From Fibrobacteria bacterium (GTDB lineage Bacteria > Fibrobacterota > Fibrobacteria > UBA11236): a DNA stretch of 27,213 nucleotides. The position numbers were made by a program, and so were the translations under genes. Position 1 is the stretch's first letter, and every line of letters starts with the position of its first letter. Location of the stretch: contig JBJHDK010000030.1 in NCBI GenBank assembly GCA_050486505.1, positions 1 to 27,213 of the forward strand. Reading direction: 5' to 3'. The notes under the pieces were generated by a model, which saw only the letters and a list, made by a program, of their open reading frames with translations, made no database searches and was not told the origin of the DNA. Of this stretch, positions 7,955-17,064 are shown one piece after another.

Positions 7955-9130
7955 CTAGTACCAGAACAACGCCACGGACGGCCTCAGACTGTAAGCGGTC
8001 GCACCATCATGGTAGCGTGCCGCCACCGCCTCCGCATCCAGCTTGATGTTCAGAAGCTGGCCCAGCCAAAGAACATACCCTGCCCCGAAAGACAGAGTTC
8101 CACCCAGGGCGGAATGAGGAGAGTGGCTCTCATTGTGGGCCGGACGCAAATCAATTTCATGATACCGGTAATGTGAGAGGCCGACTGCCGACTTCAGATA
8201 CACCTTGTCGTTTTTCGGAAAGTACAGCGTCTCCAGGCGAAATTCCCGTAGCGTCGACATCCGTGCCCAATCTTCCTCGTATGCCTCCATCTCACCGATG
8301 CCGAAGCGCACCCCTGCCAACCAATGGGGATGAACCGTCAAGCCCAGGGCGACGGAACCCCAAAAACCTGTATTGACGATTCCACCGCCCGCCAGGTTTC
8401 CGGAACCTGAGGGGATGCTGCCAAGGCCGGGTCCCAAGTACAGTCCGAGGTAGCCCAACCCCTTCATGGGACCATCCTGAATCGCGCGATCCTGCGTCGC
8501 GGAGACGAGCGGCCTCGTTCTCATGGCCTCCGAAACTTCGGAAGCCTCGATCAACGGGGCAACATCTGTTTCCGGAAACCCAGGAAGCGGATCATCGATG
8601 TCGTGAGAATCATCAAAGCCGGCCCCTGAGGTCGAGACGTCACCGGTCGGTACCGGATCTCCCTCGAACATGACGACCTGCGACACGGTGTGCCCGGCAA
8701 GCGAGGCCGCCATCAGCCCCATCATTCCAAACACGATGACATTCCCGATGGTGCCTCCGGAAATGTTGCAGCCATTGTACTCCCATCCCCAGTTTTCGGT
8801 GCAATTGCCAGCGGGCGTACCGCTGAGTAGATACCCGGCGGCCACGCCCGCGGCCAGCCCCTGCATCGCGCCCCCTCCACGACTCCTGTAGACCAGCTTT
8901 TCCACATCGGCTACATGATCCTGCACGGGATGGCCGGAGTAAAATTCCAAGGCAAACAGGGTGTCGCCCTGAATCCGCAAATCCCTGACATCCACCTTTG
9001 TCCCGCTGCGCGTGTGCAACTCCGCCTTTCCCCGAATCTCCAGCGGATCCCCGCGCTTGATGACCGTAGTGGTGGAGCAGGCTGTGAGAAGAAACGGAGC
9101 AGAAAACAGCCAATGGAGCAGGGGTCTCAT
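7955..9130 (-). CDS. Hypothetical lipoprotein with a probable C-terminal outer-membrane beta-barrel
   Basis: Lipobox LLTA-C, Gly-zipper-like hydrophobic segments, an acidic linker, and alternating amphipathic strands ending SVALFWY. SD AAGGA fits ATG 9130; ATG 9136 is also in frame. Confidence 0.7.
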   Translation of the reverse strand: MRPLLHWLFSAPFLLTACSTTTVIKRGDPLEIRGKAELHTRSGTKVDVRDLRIQGDTLFALEFYSGHPVQDHVADVEKLVYRSRGGGAMQGLAAGVAAGYLLSGTPAGNCTENWGWEYNGCNISGGTIGNVIVFGMMGLMAASLAGHTVSQVVMFEGDPVPTGDVSTSGAGFDDSHDIDDPLPGFPETDVAPLIEASEVSEAMRTRPLVSATQDRAIQDGPMKGLGYLGLYLGPGLGSIPSGSGNLAGGGIVNTGFWGSVALGLTVHPHWLAGVRFGIGEMEAYEEDWARMSTLREFRLETLYFPKNDKVYLKSAVGLSHYRYHEIDLRPAHNESHSPHSALGGTLSFGAGYVLWLGQLLNIKLDAEAVAARYHDGATAYSLRPSVALFWY

Positions 9131-9294
9131 CTGCATTTCCTTTCAGCGCGTAAAATCTGCGCGCATGAACCGGAAGCTAGGGCCGCCGGGCACCACCCGT
9201 ATTCACCCGGGTTAACCTCCCGTGAGAATGGCGCGAAAGTTACCCCTCGTCACGATCTTCACTGAACCCGCGAACCGGCGGAAATCATCGCCCC

Positions 9295-9735
9295 CTACCG
9301 CCAGTGCGCGAGGATCTGGCCGACCAGCAGCAGCGCGAGGCCGTGGTAGAGCGCGTGCAGGCGAAACAGCTTCCACGAGGCGCCCTCCCAGGCGACCCCG
9401 CTCAATAGCTGCGGGATGTAGAAGCCCACCCAGATGAAAAGGGGGGCCAGAAACCCGTACACCACATCGGGGGAATCAGCCGCCGCGCCCCAGCTCGAGG
9501 GGCGAATCACCTCCACCGCCAGCGCGGTCACATACACCGTCAGTGCCATGCCGACCCAGCGGATCGCCGTGGCCATGCGCAGCACCGGCGCGGCGGGACG
9601 CGCGTCGGGCGGGTTCCCGAGTTCCTTGTTCCACGCGCGGCCGAAGAAAGGCCCGTACCACAGATGGCCGAGGATCGCCTTGGCGACGAGGGCAAAAAAG
9701 ATGGCGTAGTAGTTCAGATGAATTCCGGATTCCAT
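9295..9735 (-). CDS. DUF1761-like small membrane protein
   Basis: N-terminus LNYYAIFFALVAKAILGHLWYGPFFGRAW matches the DUF1761 pattern; about four hydrophobic helices; SD GGAG. Confidence 0.8.
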   Translation of the reverse strand: MESGIHLNYYAIFFALVAKAILGHLWYGPFFGRAWNKELGNPPDARPAAPVLRMATAIRWVGMALTVYVTALAVEVIRPSSWGAAADSPDVVYGFLAPLFIWVGFYIPQLLSGVAWEGASWKLFRLHALYHGLALLLVGQILAHWR

Positions 9736-9809
9736 GGGATCTCCCGTCGGATGTTTCGTGGAATGAAGTTAACCCCGAAAACTGCGACAAGGGCGGGGAA
9801 ACTACCGGA

Positions 9810-10103
9810 TTACCGAATACCGCTCTTGCGCGACATGCCCGCGATATAGGTCTTGAGCACCGCATTGATGCGGGTCTGATACCCGGGCCCTTTGCGCTTG
9901 AACCACACCAGCACCTCCTCGTCCAGCCGAATGGAAACCATTTGCTTGGGTTTCGGCAAACGCAATCGTGCTTCACGCCAGAAATCCTCGCCCAGAGGCG
10001 GAATGTCCGAAACGTCGATGTCCGCGTCAGCGGCCTTGTCGAGCCATTCCCAGTCCGTGCTGTCCTTAAGAGGAGATGCGCCGCGAGTATTCTTTTTTTT
10101 CAT
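9810..10103 (-). CDS. brnA: BrnA-family antitoxin (DUF4415)
   Basis: TDWEWL, IDVSDIPPL, KQMVSIRLDEEVLVWFKRKGPGYQTRINAVL; overlaps the end of the toxin gene. Confidence 0.93.
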   Translation of the reverse strand: MKKKNTRGASPLKDSTDWEWLDKAADADIDVSDIPPLGEDFWREARLRLPKPKQMVSIRLDEEVLVWFKRKGPGYQTRINAVLKTYIAGMSRKSGIR

Positions 10104-10341
10104 GTTCCATCGCCTTTCTCGCGGAAATGATCCGCATGACGTCGCCTCGTTCAGTGTACACCAGAGAGATCAGGCGCCCTTTCATCCAGCCAACCCCTTG
10201 CCATCTCTCTTCTCCGTATTCCCGTTGACCATCAAGCCGCTCCCACATCGGATGATCGAACGCTTCCACGGCATCCGCGAAATCGATACGATGCTTCTCG
10301 AGATTAATGTGTCTCTTCCGCTCATCCCATTCGAACTTCAC
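10066..10341 (-). CDS. brnT: BrnT-family toxin (ribonuclease, DUF497)
   Basis: (M)KFEWDERKRHINLEKHRIDFADA, YGEERW, VYTERGDVMRIISARKA. Start at GTG 10341. Confidence 0.93.
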   Translation of the reverse strand: MKFEWDERKRHINLEKHRIDFADAVEAFDHPMWERLDGQREYGEERWQGVGWMKGRLISLVYTERGDVMRIISARKAMEHEKKEYSRRISS

Positions 10342-10346
10342 GATAA

Positions 10347-10368
10347 TCTCGTATATACAGATCGTCAA
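10347..10368 (-). promoter_or_regulatory. brnTA promoter/operator: TTGACG plus a GTATATAC palindrome
   Basis: Minus strand reads TTGACGATCTGTATATACGAGATTATC-GTG, an AT-rich near-palindrome just upstream of the toxin start, as expected for TA autoregulation. Confidence 0.55.
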
Positions 10369-10419
10369 TACGATACTGGGCCCTGGATGTGATTTAAAGC
10401 GAAATTTCGCGGGTTTTCC

Positions 10420-11232
10420 TTATTCGAGATCTTTCCACCACCGGATTCCCTGGATGGACGTGCCCCCCAGCAACGCGTGACGTCGCAGGGCGCTGTGCCC
10501 CTCCCAGTCGCCCATGCCGAAGCGCACCCCCACTCCGATGCTCCGGTGCAAGGGAGCGAAGCCGACATACACGGACAACAAGGGATGCAGGCGCACGCCC
10601 GCGCCGAAGCGGTCTTCGCGAAACCCGTCGTCGCGCCAGTGGGTCTCCGCCGCGACACGCCACACTGAACCGGGTCCGAGGCGCCCGCCGACGTCCATGC
10701 CCAGGCCGCTCCGGGAGCCGTGTGCTGCCGAAAGCAACCACGCTTCATGAAACGCGCCTAAACCGAGAGCGCGGTGCGGGCGCCATAGTCCCCCGCCGCC
10801 GAACGCCATGCGTGCCCCGAAGACATCCGCGGCATGCGCTAACGATGTCCCCAACACCGTGCGCGAAGACACCCTGACGGCGGCCTGCAGTGCCGCCTCC
10901 GAAGCACCTCCCGCGGGGGCGGCCATGCGATCGAACACTCCGCGATACCGCATCGATCCGCCCCAACGGGGGGCATCCCGCACCACGGAAACTTCGGCGA
11001 CATGAAGATTCTCGAGGCCGAACGGGGCGTACCCGGTCATCGCCACCCCGAAGCCGGGCCGTCCGAGGGCCGCGGGGTTCCCGCCCCCGTGGCGCTCCCA
11101 ACCGGTCACGGAACCCGCGCCCAAGGTCGCGCCGAGCGCGCCGGAGAACGGCAGTTGCGGAACCTCCGGCCAGGCGGTTCCGCAGGCAACGAAAAACCCA
11201 AGCAGGATCCGGGGGGACGCGGTGCGGTTCAT
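10420..11232 (-). CDS. Hypothetical exported beta-barrel protein with an NPA motif (FadL/PorV-like fold)
   Basis: Signal peptide, GALGATLGAG...GNPAALG N-terminal motif, then Gly/aromatic amphipathic strands. ATGA-coupled to the upstream gene. Confidence 0.6.
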   Translation of the reverse strand: MNRTASPRILLGFFVACGTAWPEVPQLPFSGALGATLGAGSVTGWERHGGGNPAALGRPGFGVAMTGYAPFGLENLHVAEVSVVRDAPRWGGSMRYRGVFDRMAAPAGGASEAALQAAVRVSSRTVLGTSLAHAADVFGARMAFGGGGLWRPHRALGLGAFHEAWLLSAAHGSRSGLGMDVGGRLGPGSVWRVAAETHWRDDGFREDRFGAGVRLHPLLSVYVGFAPLHRSIGVGVRFGMGDWEGHSALRRHALLGGTSIQGIRWWKDLE

Positions 11233-12293
11233 TCGGTGATTCGGAGCACTGCGCGAACCGCCGGCGCGTCACGGGGGTGCAGGACGAAGAGAACCGTTCC
11301 CACAGCGCGTTGGTGGGGACATCCGGGGGCGGGAAACGCGTGGGATGTGTTTCCGGAGGCGCCGCGCGCGAGAACGCAGAGTTCCAAGCCGTCGAGATCG
11401 TAGGCGCGCAAGTCGTAGCGCCCCGTCTCGGGAGCGCGCACCTCGACCCGGATCGGCGGTGATCCGCGACGCCATCGCGGCGCACCGGTTTCGATCGAAT
11501 ACCCGAAGGCCGCACCCGCGGAGCCGCCGCCGCCATCCACATCGAGACTGGCGCAGGCTTCGAGGGGAAAACCGCCGGCTCCGTACGCCAGGGAATCAAG
11601 CGAAAGCCCGTCGTCGAGGGACAGGCGCAAGGTATCGCCTGCATTGCGCAGGTTCGACCACGTGCCGGTGCCAAAGAGCCGCCCGACGGGACGCCAGGCA
11701 CGCAGGTTTGCGGTGTCGCGGCCGACGGTCAGGCTTTCACCGGGCTCGAGCAAGCCCGCACCCGCGAGCGATCGCCTTTGCAGGCGCGCATGTTGCAACG
11801 AGACGGGAACCTGGGACACGTTAAGGATCTCGACCCACTCCGGCTCGCCGTCTCTCGGGCGCGCGCAATAGCGGTGGATCGACAACAACGAGCCCCCGCC
11901 GGCTGTGAGGACCCCATGGGATCCCCCCGTATTTCCCCGTGCATCGCGGATCTCCGTGCGCAGCACGGAAGGAAAGGGCGGCGGAAACGTCCGGCGCACG
12001 CGCAAAAGGCCATCGAGACAGTCTCCGGCGGCCAGTGGCAGCGTGTCGACGGCATCGGGCGCGCCGTCGAGATTGCGGTCGAAACCGAACAGCAAGCGGG
12101 CACCCTGTGTCGCGACGGGCCCGGGACAACGCAGGTCCGCCTCCCATTCGAGAATCCCGCCCGAATGACGCACGACGGCAGGCGAGGCGTCGAAGCGCGG
12201 CACGGAATCGGCTGCCGCCGGGGAAGCGAAGGGGACGACGGAGGCCGCCAAGGCGACGGAGGCGACGAGCAGGATCGCGTTGCGGGAAGGCAT
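11229..12293 (-). CDS. Exported lamin-tail-domain (LTD)-like protein with an Ig/FlgD-like C-terminal domain
   Basis: Signal peptide; LTD motifs EPEWVEILNVS..PVSL, LEPGESL, LRNAGDTLRL...DSLAY; C-terminal YDLRAYDLDG segment. Confidence 0.65.
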   Translation of the reverse strand: MPSRNAILLVASVALAASVVPFASPAAADSVPRFDASPAVVRHSGGILEWEADLRCPGPVATQGARLLFGFDRNLDGAPDAVDTLPLAAGDCLDGLLRVRRTFPPPFPSVLRTEIRDARGNTGGSHGVLTAGGGSLLSIHRYCARPRDGEPEWVEILNVSQVPVSLQHARLQRRSLAGAGLLEPGESLTVGRDTANLRAWRPVGRLFGTGTWSNLRNAGDTLRLSLDDGLSLDSLAYGAGGFPLEACASLDVDGGGGSAGAAFGYSIETGAPRWRRGSPPIRVEVRAPETGRYDLRAYDLDGLELCVLARGASGNTSHAFPAPGCPHQRAVGTVLFVLHPRDAPAVRAVLRITE

Positions 12294-12362
12294 GACCGCT
12301 TGGACGCGGCCTGCACGGGAAATGCAACCGCCGCGGTGACGACGGTCACATCGGCGGCGATG

Positions 12363-13469
12363 TCAGTCGAGAGTTTCGCGGATGCGCGCACCGCCGAGGA
12401 GGCGGTCGCCGTCGTAGAACACGGCGCTCTGCCCGGGCGCGACGCAGAAGCCGGGCTCACGCAGCGTAACGCGCACGCGACCGCCCTCCCCGCGCTCCAC
12501 CAGGGCGGGAACGGCGGGCGAACGGTAACGGTACTGCACCAGGCATTCGCGCGCGGACCAGTCGGGCCCGAAGCCGTTGAAACGGTCGGCGACGAAGGCG
12601 CGGCAGTAGAGGTCCTCGCGCCGGCCGAGCTCCACCGTGTTGGCGGCCGCGTCGATCTTGCGCACGTAGAGCGGCTCGCCCGTCGCCACGCCGAGGCCGC
12701 GGCGCTGCCCGACGGTGTAGCGCGCGATGCCTCGGTGGGTTCCGAGCGCCTCGCCGCCGGGGCCGACGAACTCGCCTTCGGGAATGCCGGTGCCCTCGTC
12801 CGCGGCGCGGCGCGCGATCACCTCGCGGTAATCGCCCTTGGGCACGAAGCAGATGTCCTGGCTTTCGCCCTTCGAGGCCGTGCGCAGCCCGGCTTCCGCG
12901 GCGAGCGCGCGCACCTGCGGCTTCGAAAGTCCCGCAAGCGGGAACAACGTCTTCGCCAGCGATTCGGGGGGGATGCCCCACAGGAAGTAGCTCTGATCCT
13001 TCACGGGATCGGCACGCAGGATGTAAGGGTATCCCTCCTCATCGCGCGTGGCGGCGTAGTGACCTGTGGCGATGCAGTCCGCGCCGATCGCGCGGGCGCG
13101 CGCCCACAGCGCGTCCCACTTGACGAAGCTGTTGCAGTTCACGCAGGGGTTTGGGGTTTCACCACGCAGGTACGCCTCGTGGAAGGGACGGATGACGCGA
13201 TCCTCGAAATCCTGCTGCATGTCGAGCGTGTAATGGGGGATGCCGAGCTGGTCGCACACGCGCTTCGCGTCCATGGCCGAATCGACCGTGCAGCAGCTTT
13301 TTTCCGCGTCCTCGTCATCGCAGGGAGGGGGGCTCCACAGCTTCATGGTCAGCCCGACGGTACGATACCCTGCGCGCTTGAGCAACAGCGCAGCCACCGA
13401 CGAATCGACGCCCCCGCTCATGGCGACGGCGACGAAAGTGTTTTCGGGGTTTGCGGCAGCGGATGACAT
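12363..13469 (-). CDS. mnmA: tRNA-specific 2-thiouridylase MnmA
   Basis: PP-loop AMSGGVDSS, TPNPCVNCN, IATGHYA, KDQSYFL, ESQDICF, YTVGQRRGLG, APGQSAVFY. Confidence 0.97.
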   Translation of the reverse strand: MSSAAANPENTFVAVAMSGGVDSSVAALLLKRAGYRTVGLTMKLWSPPPCDDEDAEKSCCTVDSAMDAKRVCDQLGIPHYTLDMQQDFEDRVIRPFHEAYLRGETPNPCVNCNSFVKWDALWARARAIGADCIATGHYAATRDEEGYPYILRADPVKDQSYFLWGIPPESLAKTLFPLAGLSKPQVRALAAEAGLRTASKGESQDICFVPKGDYREVIARRAADEGTGIPEGEFVGPGGEALGTHRGIARYTVGQRRGLGVATGEPLYVRKIDAAANTVELGRREDLYCRAFVADRFNGFGPDWSARECLVQYRYRSPAVPALVERGEGGRVRVTLREPGFCVAPGQSAVFYDGDRLLGGARIRETLD

Positions 13470-13572
13470 GACTGGATCAAAGAGGCCCCGGGGTGCTTTC
13501 CCGGAGAAGGCGAAAGGTAGAAAGCCCTCCCGCCGAGGGGCCCATGGCAGTCAATAGTTACCTTGGCCGTCC

Positions 13573-15651
13573 ATGCTCCGCCCCGTTTTTGCACGGTTCT
13601 GTGCCGGTTTCATGCTTGCGGCGGCGGTTTCCGTCACACTCCCCCGCGCGGCGGAAGACATCCCTCTCCCCCTGCCGGCGTCGGAACAGGACACCGTCCC
13701 CCGCGCCGAAATCCCCGAGACCGAACGCCCTGTCATTCCCGACTTCACATGGGATTGGCCCGCGCATCCCCGCTCCATCGAATGCCGCGAGCCGCTCGAA
13801 TCGGTCACCGGCTGCTGGCGTAACGAAACCCTGTGGGTGCCGCTCGAAACGGGCTTCCCGGGATTGCGCACCCGCGCGCTCGACCTCTCCGGAATGGAGC
13901 CGCTGCGCGTGCGACCGCACTTCCAGCCTGCATTGGCGGAGTCGCCTTACGGGACCGGGGGGGGCCTTCCCTTTAAGTCCCGTGTCGGGGGGCCCTCCGT
14001 CGAGGAAGGCTGGGAACCGGTCCAACCGCTCGACACGCCTGTCACCCAACTGCACTGGATGCGCGGCGCCCTCGACATGAACCAGTTTCGCCTCGACCTG
14101 CGGCGCATGGTCGGCAATCGCGCCTACCTCGGGCTCGAGTACCACTCGAACAGCGCCGAGTCGCGCTTTTACGACTACCTGTTCAACGTGCACCAGCCCT
14201 ATCTCGGCGCAGGGCGCGACAGCGCGAGCATGGTGATCCAGGACACGTCGCATCACATTTCGACCCGGCACATCCGCCCGAGGCTGGGCTTCTGGATCGA
14301 CGAGGGCACCGTGGTCGAGCTCCATGCCGACTGGTTCGACAACAACAGCTCCCTGACGAACCCCACCAACCCCGCGGGCAACGACTCCCTGCAACGCCTC
14401 TACCCCGCATCGTTCTCCGCCTCGGCGTTCGGGGCACAGGTCGCGCACGCGCGGAATGATCCCGCCGGGATTGCAGTCCGGGCGGGATTCACGCACTCGG
14501 TCTGGGAACGCGAGCTGCGGCCGCGCGGCGATGCGCGCCACCATGAGGACGCTTCGGGGATGCACGACGCCCTCATTCTCGAAGCAACGGCGCACGCGCT
14601 GAACGGCGCGCCGCGCGCGATCCTCGAAACGGAGCATGCCGTGCATCGCCGCGCCTTTTGGACGCGCGGGGATGCGCGCGTCGACCCCGATGCCTCGGCG
14701 CGCGGCGACCGTCAAACGCTGCGCCTCGATGCCGCGCCCGTCGCGGATCCCGTGACGTTCGACGTGCACGGCGAAGCGGCGAGGCGCGCGCGCGCCGACG
14801 GCACGGTGGAATGGCTCGGCGGCGCGCATGGCACCGCGGTGTTGGGACTCCCGTTGGGCTTTCGCCTCGAAGGGCTGGCCGGCTGGGCACGCGAAGGCGC
14901 ACCCGACGCCGCGCTCTTCCGCTGGCAACCCGCTCTCGGCCACTACCCCAACCCCGGACTGACCCCGCGCACGCACGGACGCCTCGGCGCCGGCGCGGGG
15001 TGGGAAAGCGCGCGCTTCGGCGCAGGGGCGCGCTGGGAACACCACCGTTTCGGGGACAACTGGCTTCCGCGCGTGCTCCCGCAGCCGGGAGCCTGCGACG
15101 CGCTGGAAGCCCCCGGGTTGTACCCCGGGGAAACGATCGTGTGTTCGACGGGCGGCAGCCTGCCCGACTCCGTCGCGCTGGCATTGGCGAACTACGAGTC
15201 GGAAACCCGGGAGTTGCTGCACCTGTCGGCGCGCGGCTCCCTAGGCAACTGGACCCTGACCCTGCGCCAGACCGTTCTGCTTGCGAACTCGATCCGGGAC
15301 GACCGACTCGGCTTCACCGCAAGCAACTGGCAGATTCCGGAAGCCGTGACCGGTGGACAGCTTCTGTGGGCACGGCGCATCCTCGACGACCGCCTCGGAC
15401 TGCGAACGCAGTTCGACTGGGACTGGATCTCGGAGCGCTACGTGTTCGCCTCCGACATGGACGGAACCTCGCGCGGTATGGTGCTGGACGAATATCTCGC
15501 GCTCGACTTCACCGCGCAGATGGAGATCAGGACCTTCACGCTGTTCTTCCGCGCGATGAACCTCTACCACGACCGCTACGCCACCGAACCGGGCGTGCAT
15601 CCCCCGGGGGTGAACTTCCGCTTCGGGGTGGATTGGGTGTTGGGGAATTAG
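13573..15651 (+). CDS. Putative outer-membrane beta-barrel ('putative porin'-like), 692 aa
   Basis: Signal peptide and many amphipathic strands. The C-terminus FTLFFRAMNL...PGVNFRFGVDWVLGN resembles the end of FCB-group putative porins (PF14121-like), by recognition only. Confidence 0.7.
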   Translation: MLRPVFARFCAGFMLAAAVSVTLPRAAEDIPLPLPASEQDTVPRAEIPETERPVIPDFTWDWPAHPRSIECREPLESVTGCWRNETLWVPLETGFPGLRTRALDLSGMEPLRVRPHFQPALAESPYGTGGGLPFKSRVGGPSVEEGWEPVQPLDTPVTQLHWMRGALDMNQFRLDLRRMVGNRAYLGLEYHSNSAESRFYDYLFNVHQPYLGAGRDSASMVIQDTSHHISTRHIRPRLGFWIDEGTVVELHADWFDNNSSLTNPTNPAGNDSLQRLYPASFSASAFGAQVAHARNDPAGIAVRAGFTHSVWERELRPRGDARHHEDASGMHDALILEATAHALNGAPRAILETEHAVHRRAFWTRGDARVDPDASARGDRQTLRLDAAPVADPVTFDVHGEAARRARADGTVEWLGGAHGTAVLGLPLGFRLEGLAGWAREGAPDAALFRWQPALGHYPNPGLTPRTHGRLGAGAGWESARFGAGARWEHHRFGDNWLPRVLPQPGACDALEAPGLYPGETIVCSTGGSLPDSVALALANYESETRELLHLSARGSLGNWTLTLRQTVLLANSIRDDRLGFTASNWQIPEAVTGGQLLWARRILDDRLGLRTQFDWDWISERYVFASDMDGTSRGMVLDEYLALDFTAQMEIRTFTLFFRAMNLYHDRYATEPGVHPPGVNFRFGVDWVLGN

Positions 15652-15655
15652 TGGA

Positions 15656-15782
15656 GAGTTATGAGTTATGAGTCTGAAGATATCGTGTGGTTGCGCGTTG
15701 CAGAAGAGACCACCTTCCTCTTCATCCGCAATCCCACCAAGCATCACCCATCAACGTAATCCATAACTCATAATTCATAATT
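15656..15782. repeat. Inverted pair of heptamer arrays (GAGTTAT / CATAAYT)
   Basis: Left arm GAGTTAT GAGTTAT GAGT (15656-15673). Right arm CGTAATC CATAACT CATAATT CATAATT (15755-15782). Spacer is about 80 bp. Confidence 0.85.
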
Positions 15783-15789
15783 TTTCCCC

Positions 15790-17064
15790 ATGTCCCACAA
15801 TCCCACCACCGACAACCTTCTCCGTTTCCTTGACGCCTCGCCCTCGCCGTGGCACGCAGGCGCCGAAGTTTCACGCCGGCTGAAGGATGCGGGGGTTCCC
15901 CTCGTCGCGGAGGACATGAACTGGTCCCCCCAACCCGGCAAGGCATTCCACACCACGCGTGGGGGATCCACCGTGGCGGCCGTGCGCGTGCCTGCAGGAT
16001 TCGCCCCGAAGGATCCCCCACCCTTCCACATCGTCGCGGCCCACACCGACAGCCCTTGCCCGCGCCTCAAGCCGCGTCCGCCCCGCCTGCAACACGGCTA
16101 CCGCCAGTGGGGCGTCGAACTCTACGGCGGCGCGTTGTTCAACTCCTGGCTCGACCGCGACCTCGGCATCGCCGGCCGCGTGTTCTCCCCCGGCGCGCCG
16201 GAACCGAAGCACGTGCGGCTCGACGCGCATCCCGTGCGCATCCCGCAATTGGCCATCCACCTCGACAAGACGGTGAACGAGAAGGGCGTGGTGCTCAACG
16301 CGCAAAAGCACCTCGTCCCGATTTTGGGGCAGGACGGGGGTGACTCCCTCGAGGCCGCGCTGGAGGGGATCGCGAACGCTCCGTTTTCGGACCTGACGTT
16401 CGAACTGTGCCTGTTCGACACGCAGCCGGCCGCGTACGGAGGTTTCGGGGACGCCTTCGTGTACTCGGGCCGCCTCGACAATCTCGCCATGTGCCACGCT
16501 GCCCTCTCGGCATTCGTGGATGCGCCGGCGGAGACTTCGATCCAGGTGGTCGCGCTATTCGATCACGAGGAGGCGGGCTCTACGTCGTCGCGCGGCGCTC
16601 AATCGAATTTTCTTGCGGGCTTGCTCGAGCGGGTCGCCCTGGGGCTGGGCGTCGATCGCGCGGGCTGGTTGCGCATGCTTCCCCAGTCCCTTTTGGTCTC
16701 GGCCGACATGGCGCATGCCATCCACCCGAACTACCCCGAGATGCACGACGCGGACCATGCGCCGCGCCTCAACGGCGGGCCCGTGCTCAAGGCGAACGCG
16801 AACCTGCGCTACGCGAGCGACGCCTTCTCGGGCGCGCGCTTCATGGAGTGGGCGCGGCGCGCGGGGGTTCCGGTGCAGAACTTCGTGAACCGCTCCGACC
16901 TCGGCTGCGGCACGACGGTGGGGCCGCTGCTGGCGGCACAACTCGGAATTCCTGCAGTCGATGCGGGTTCGGCGATGCTGTCGATGCACAGCGCGCGCGA
17001 GATGGCGGGCGCCGACGATCCGGCGATGATGACGGCCCTGCTGCGGGAGTTTCTGCGGGGTTAA
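15790..17064 (+). CDS. M18-family (aspartyl) aminopeptidase
   Basis: [63 protein letters not shown]. Confidence 0.95.
   Translation: MSHNPTTDNLLRFLDASPSPWHAGAEVSRRLKDAGVPLVAEDMNWSPQPGKAFHTTRGGSTVAAVRVPAGFAPKDPPPFHIVAAHTDSPCPRLKPRPPRLQHGYRQWGVELYGGALFNSWLDRDLGIAGRVFSPGAPEPKHVRLDAHPVRIPQLAIHLDKTVNEKGVVLNAQKHLVPILGQDGGDSLEAALEGIANAPFSDLTFELCLFDTQPAAYGGFGDAFVYSGRLDNLAMCHAALSAFVDAPAETSIQVVALFDHEEAGSTSSRGAQSNFLAGLLERVALGLGVDRAGWLRMLPQSLLVSADMAHAIHPNYPEMHDADHAPRLNGGPVLKANANLRYASDAFSGARFMEWARRAGVPVQNFVNRSDLGCGTTVGPLLAAQLGIPAVDAGSAMLSMHSAREMAGADDPAMMTALLREFLRG

Noticed and set aside
7012..10410. Integron (tyrosine recombinase next to small cassette-like genes and a TA pair)
   Set aside because: The recombinase is a 300-aa XerC type without the IntI-specific insertion, and no attC-like inverted structures were found in the spacers.
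12294..12362. Sigma-54 promoter (TTGCA) upstream of the LTD gene
   Set aside because: There is no GG/TGGCAC element at the required -24 spacing.
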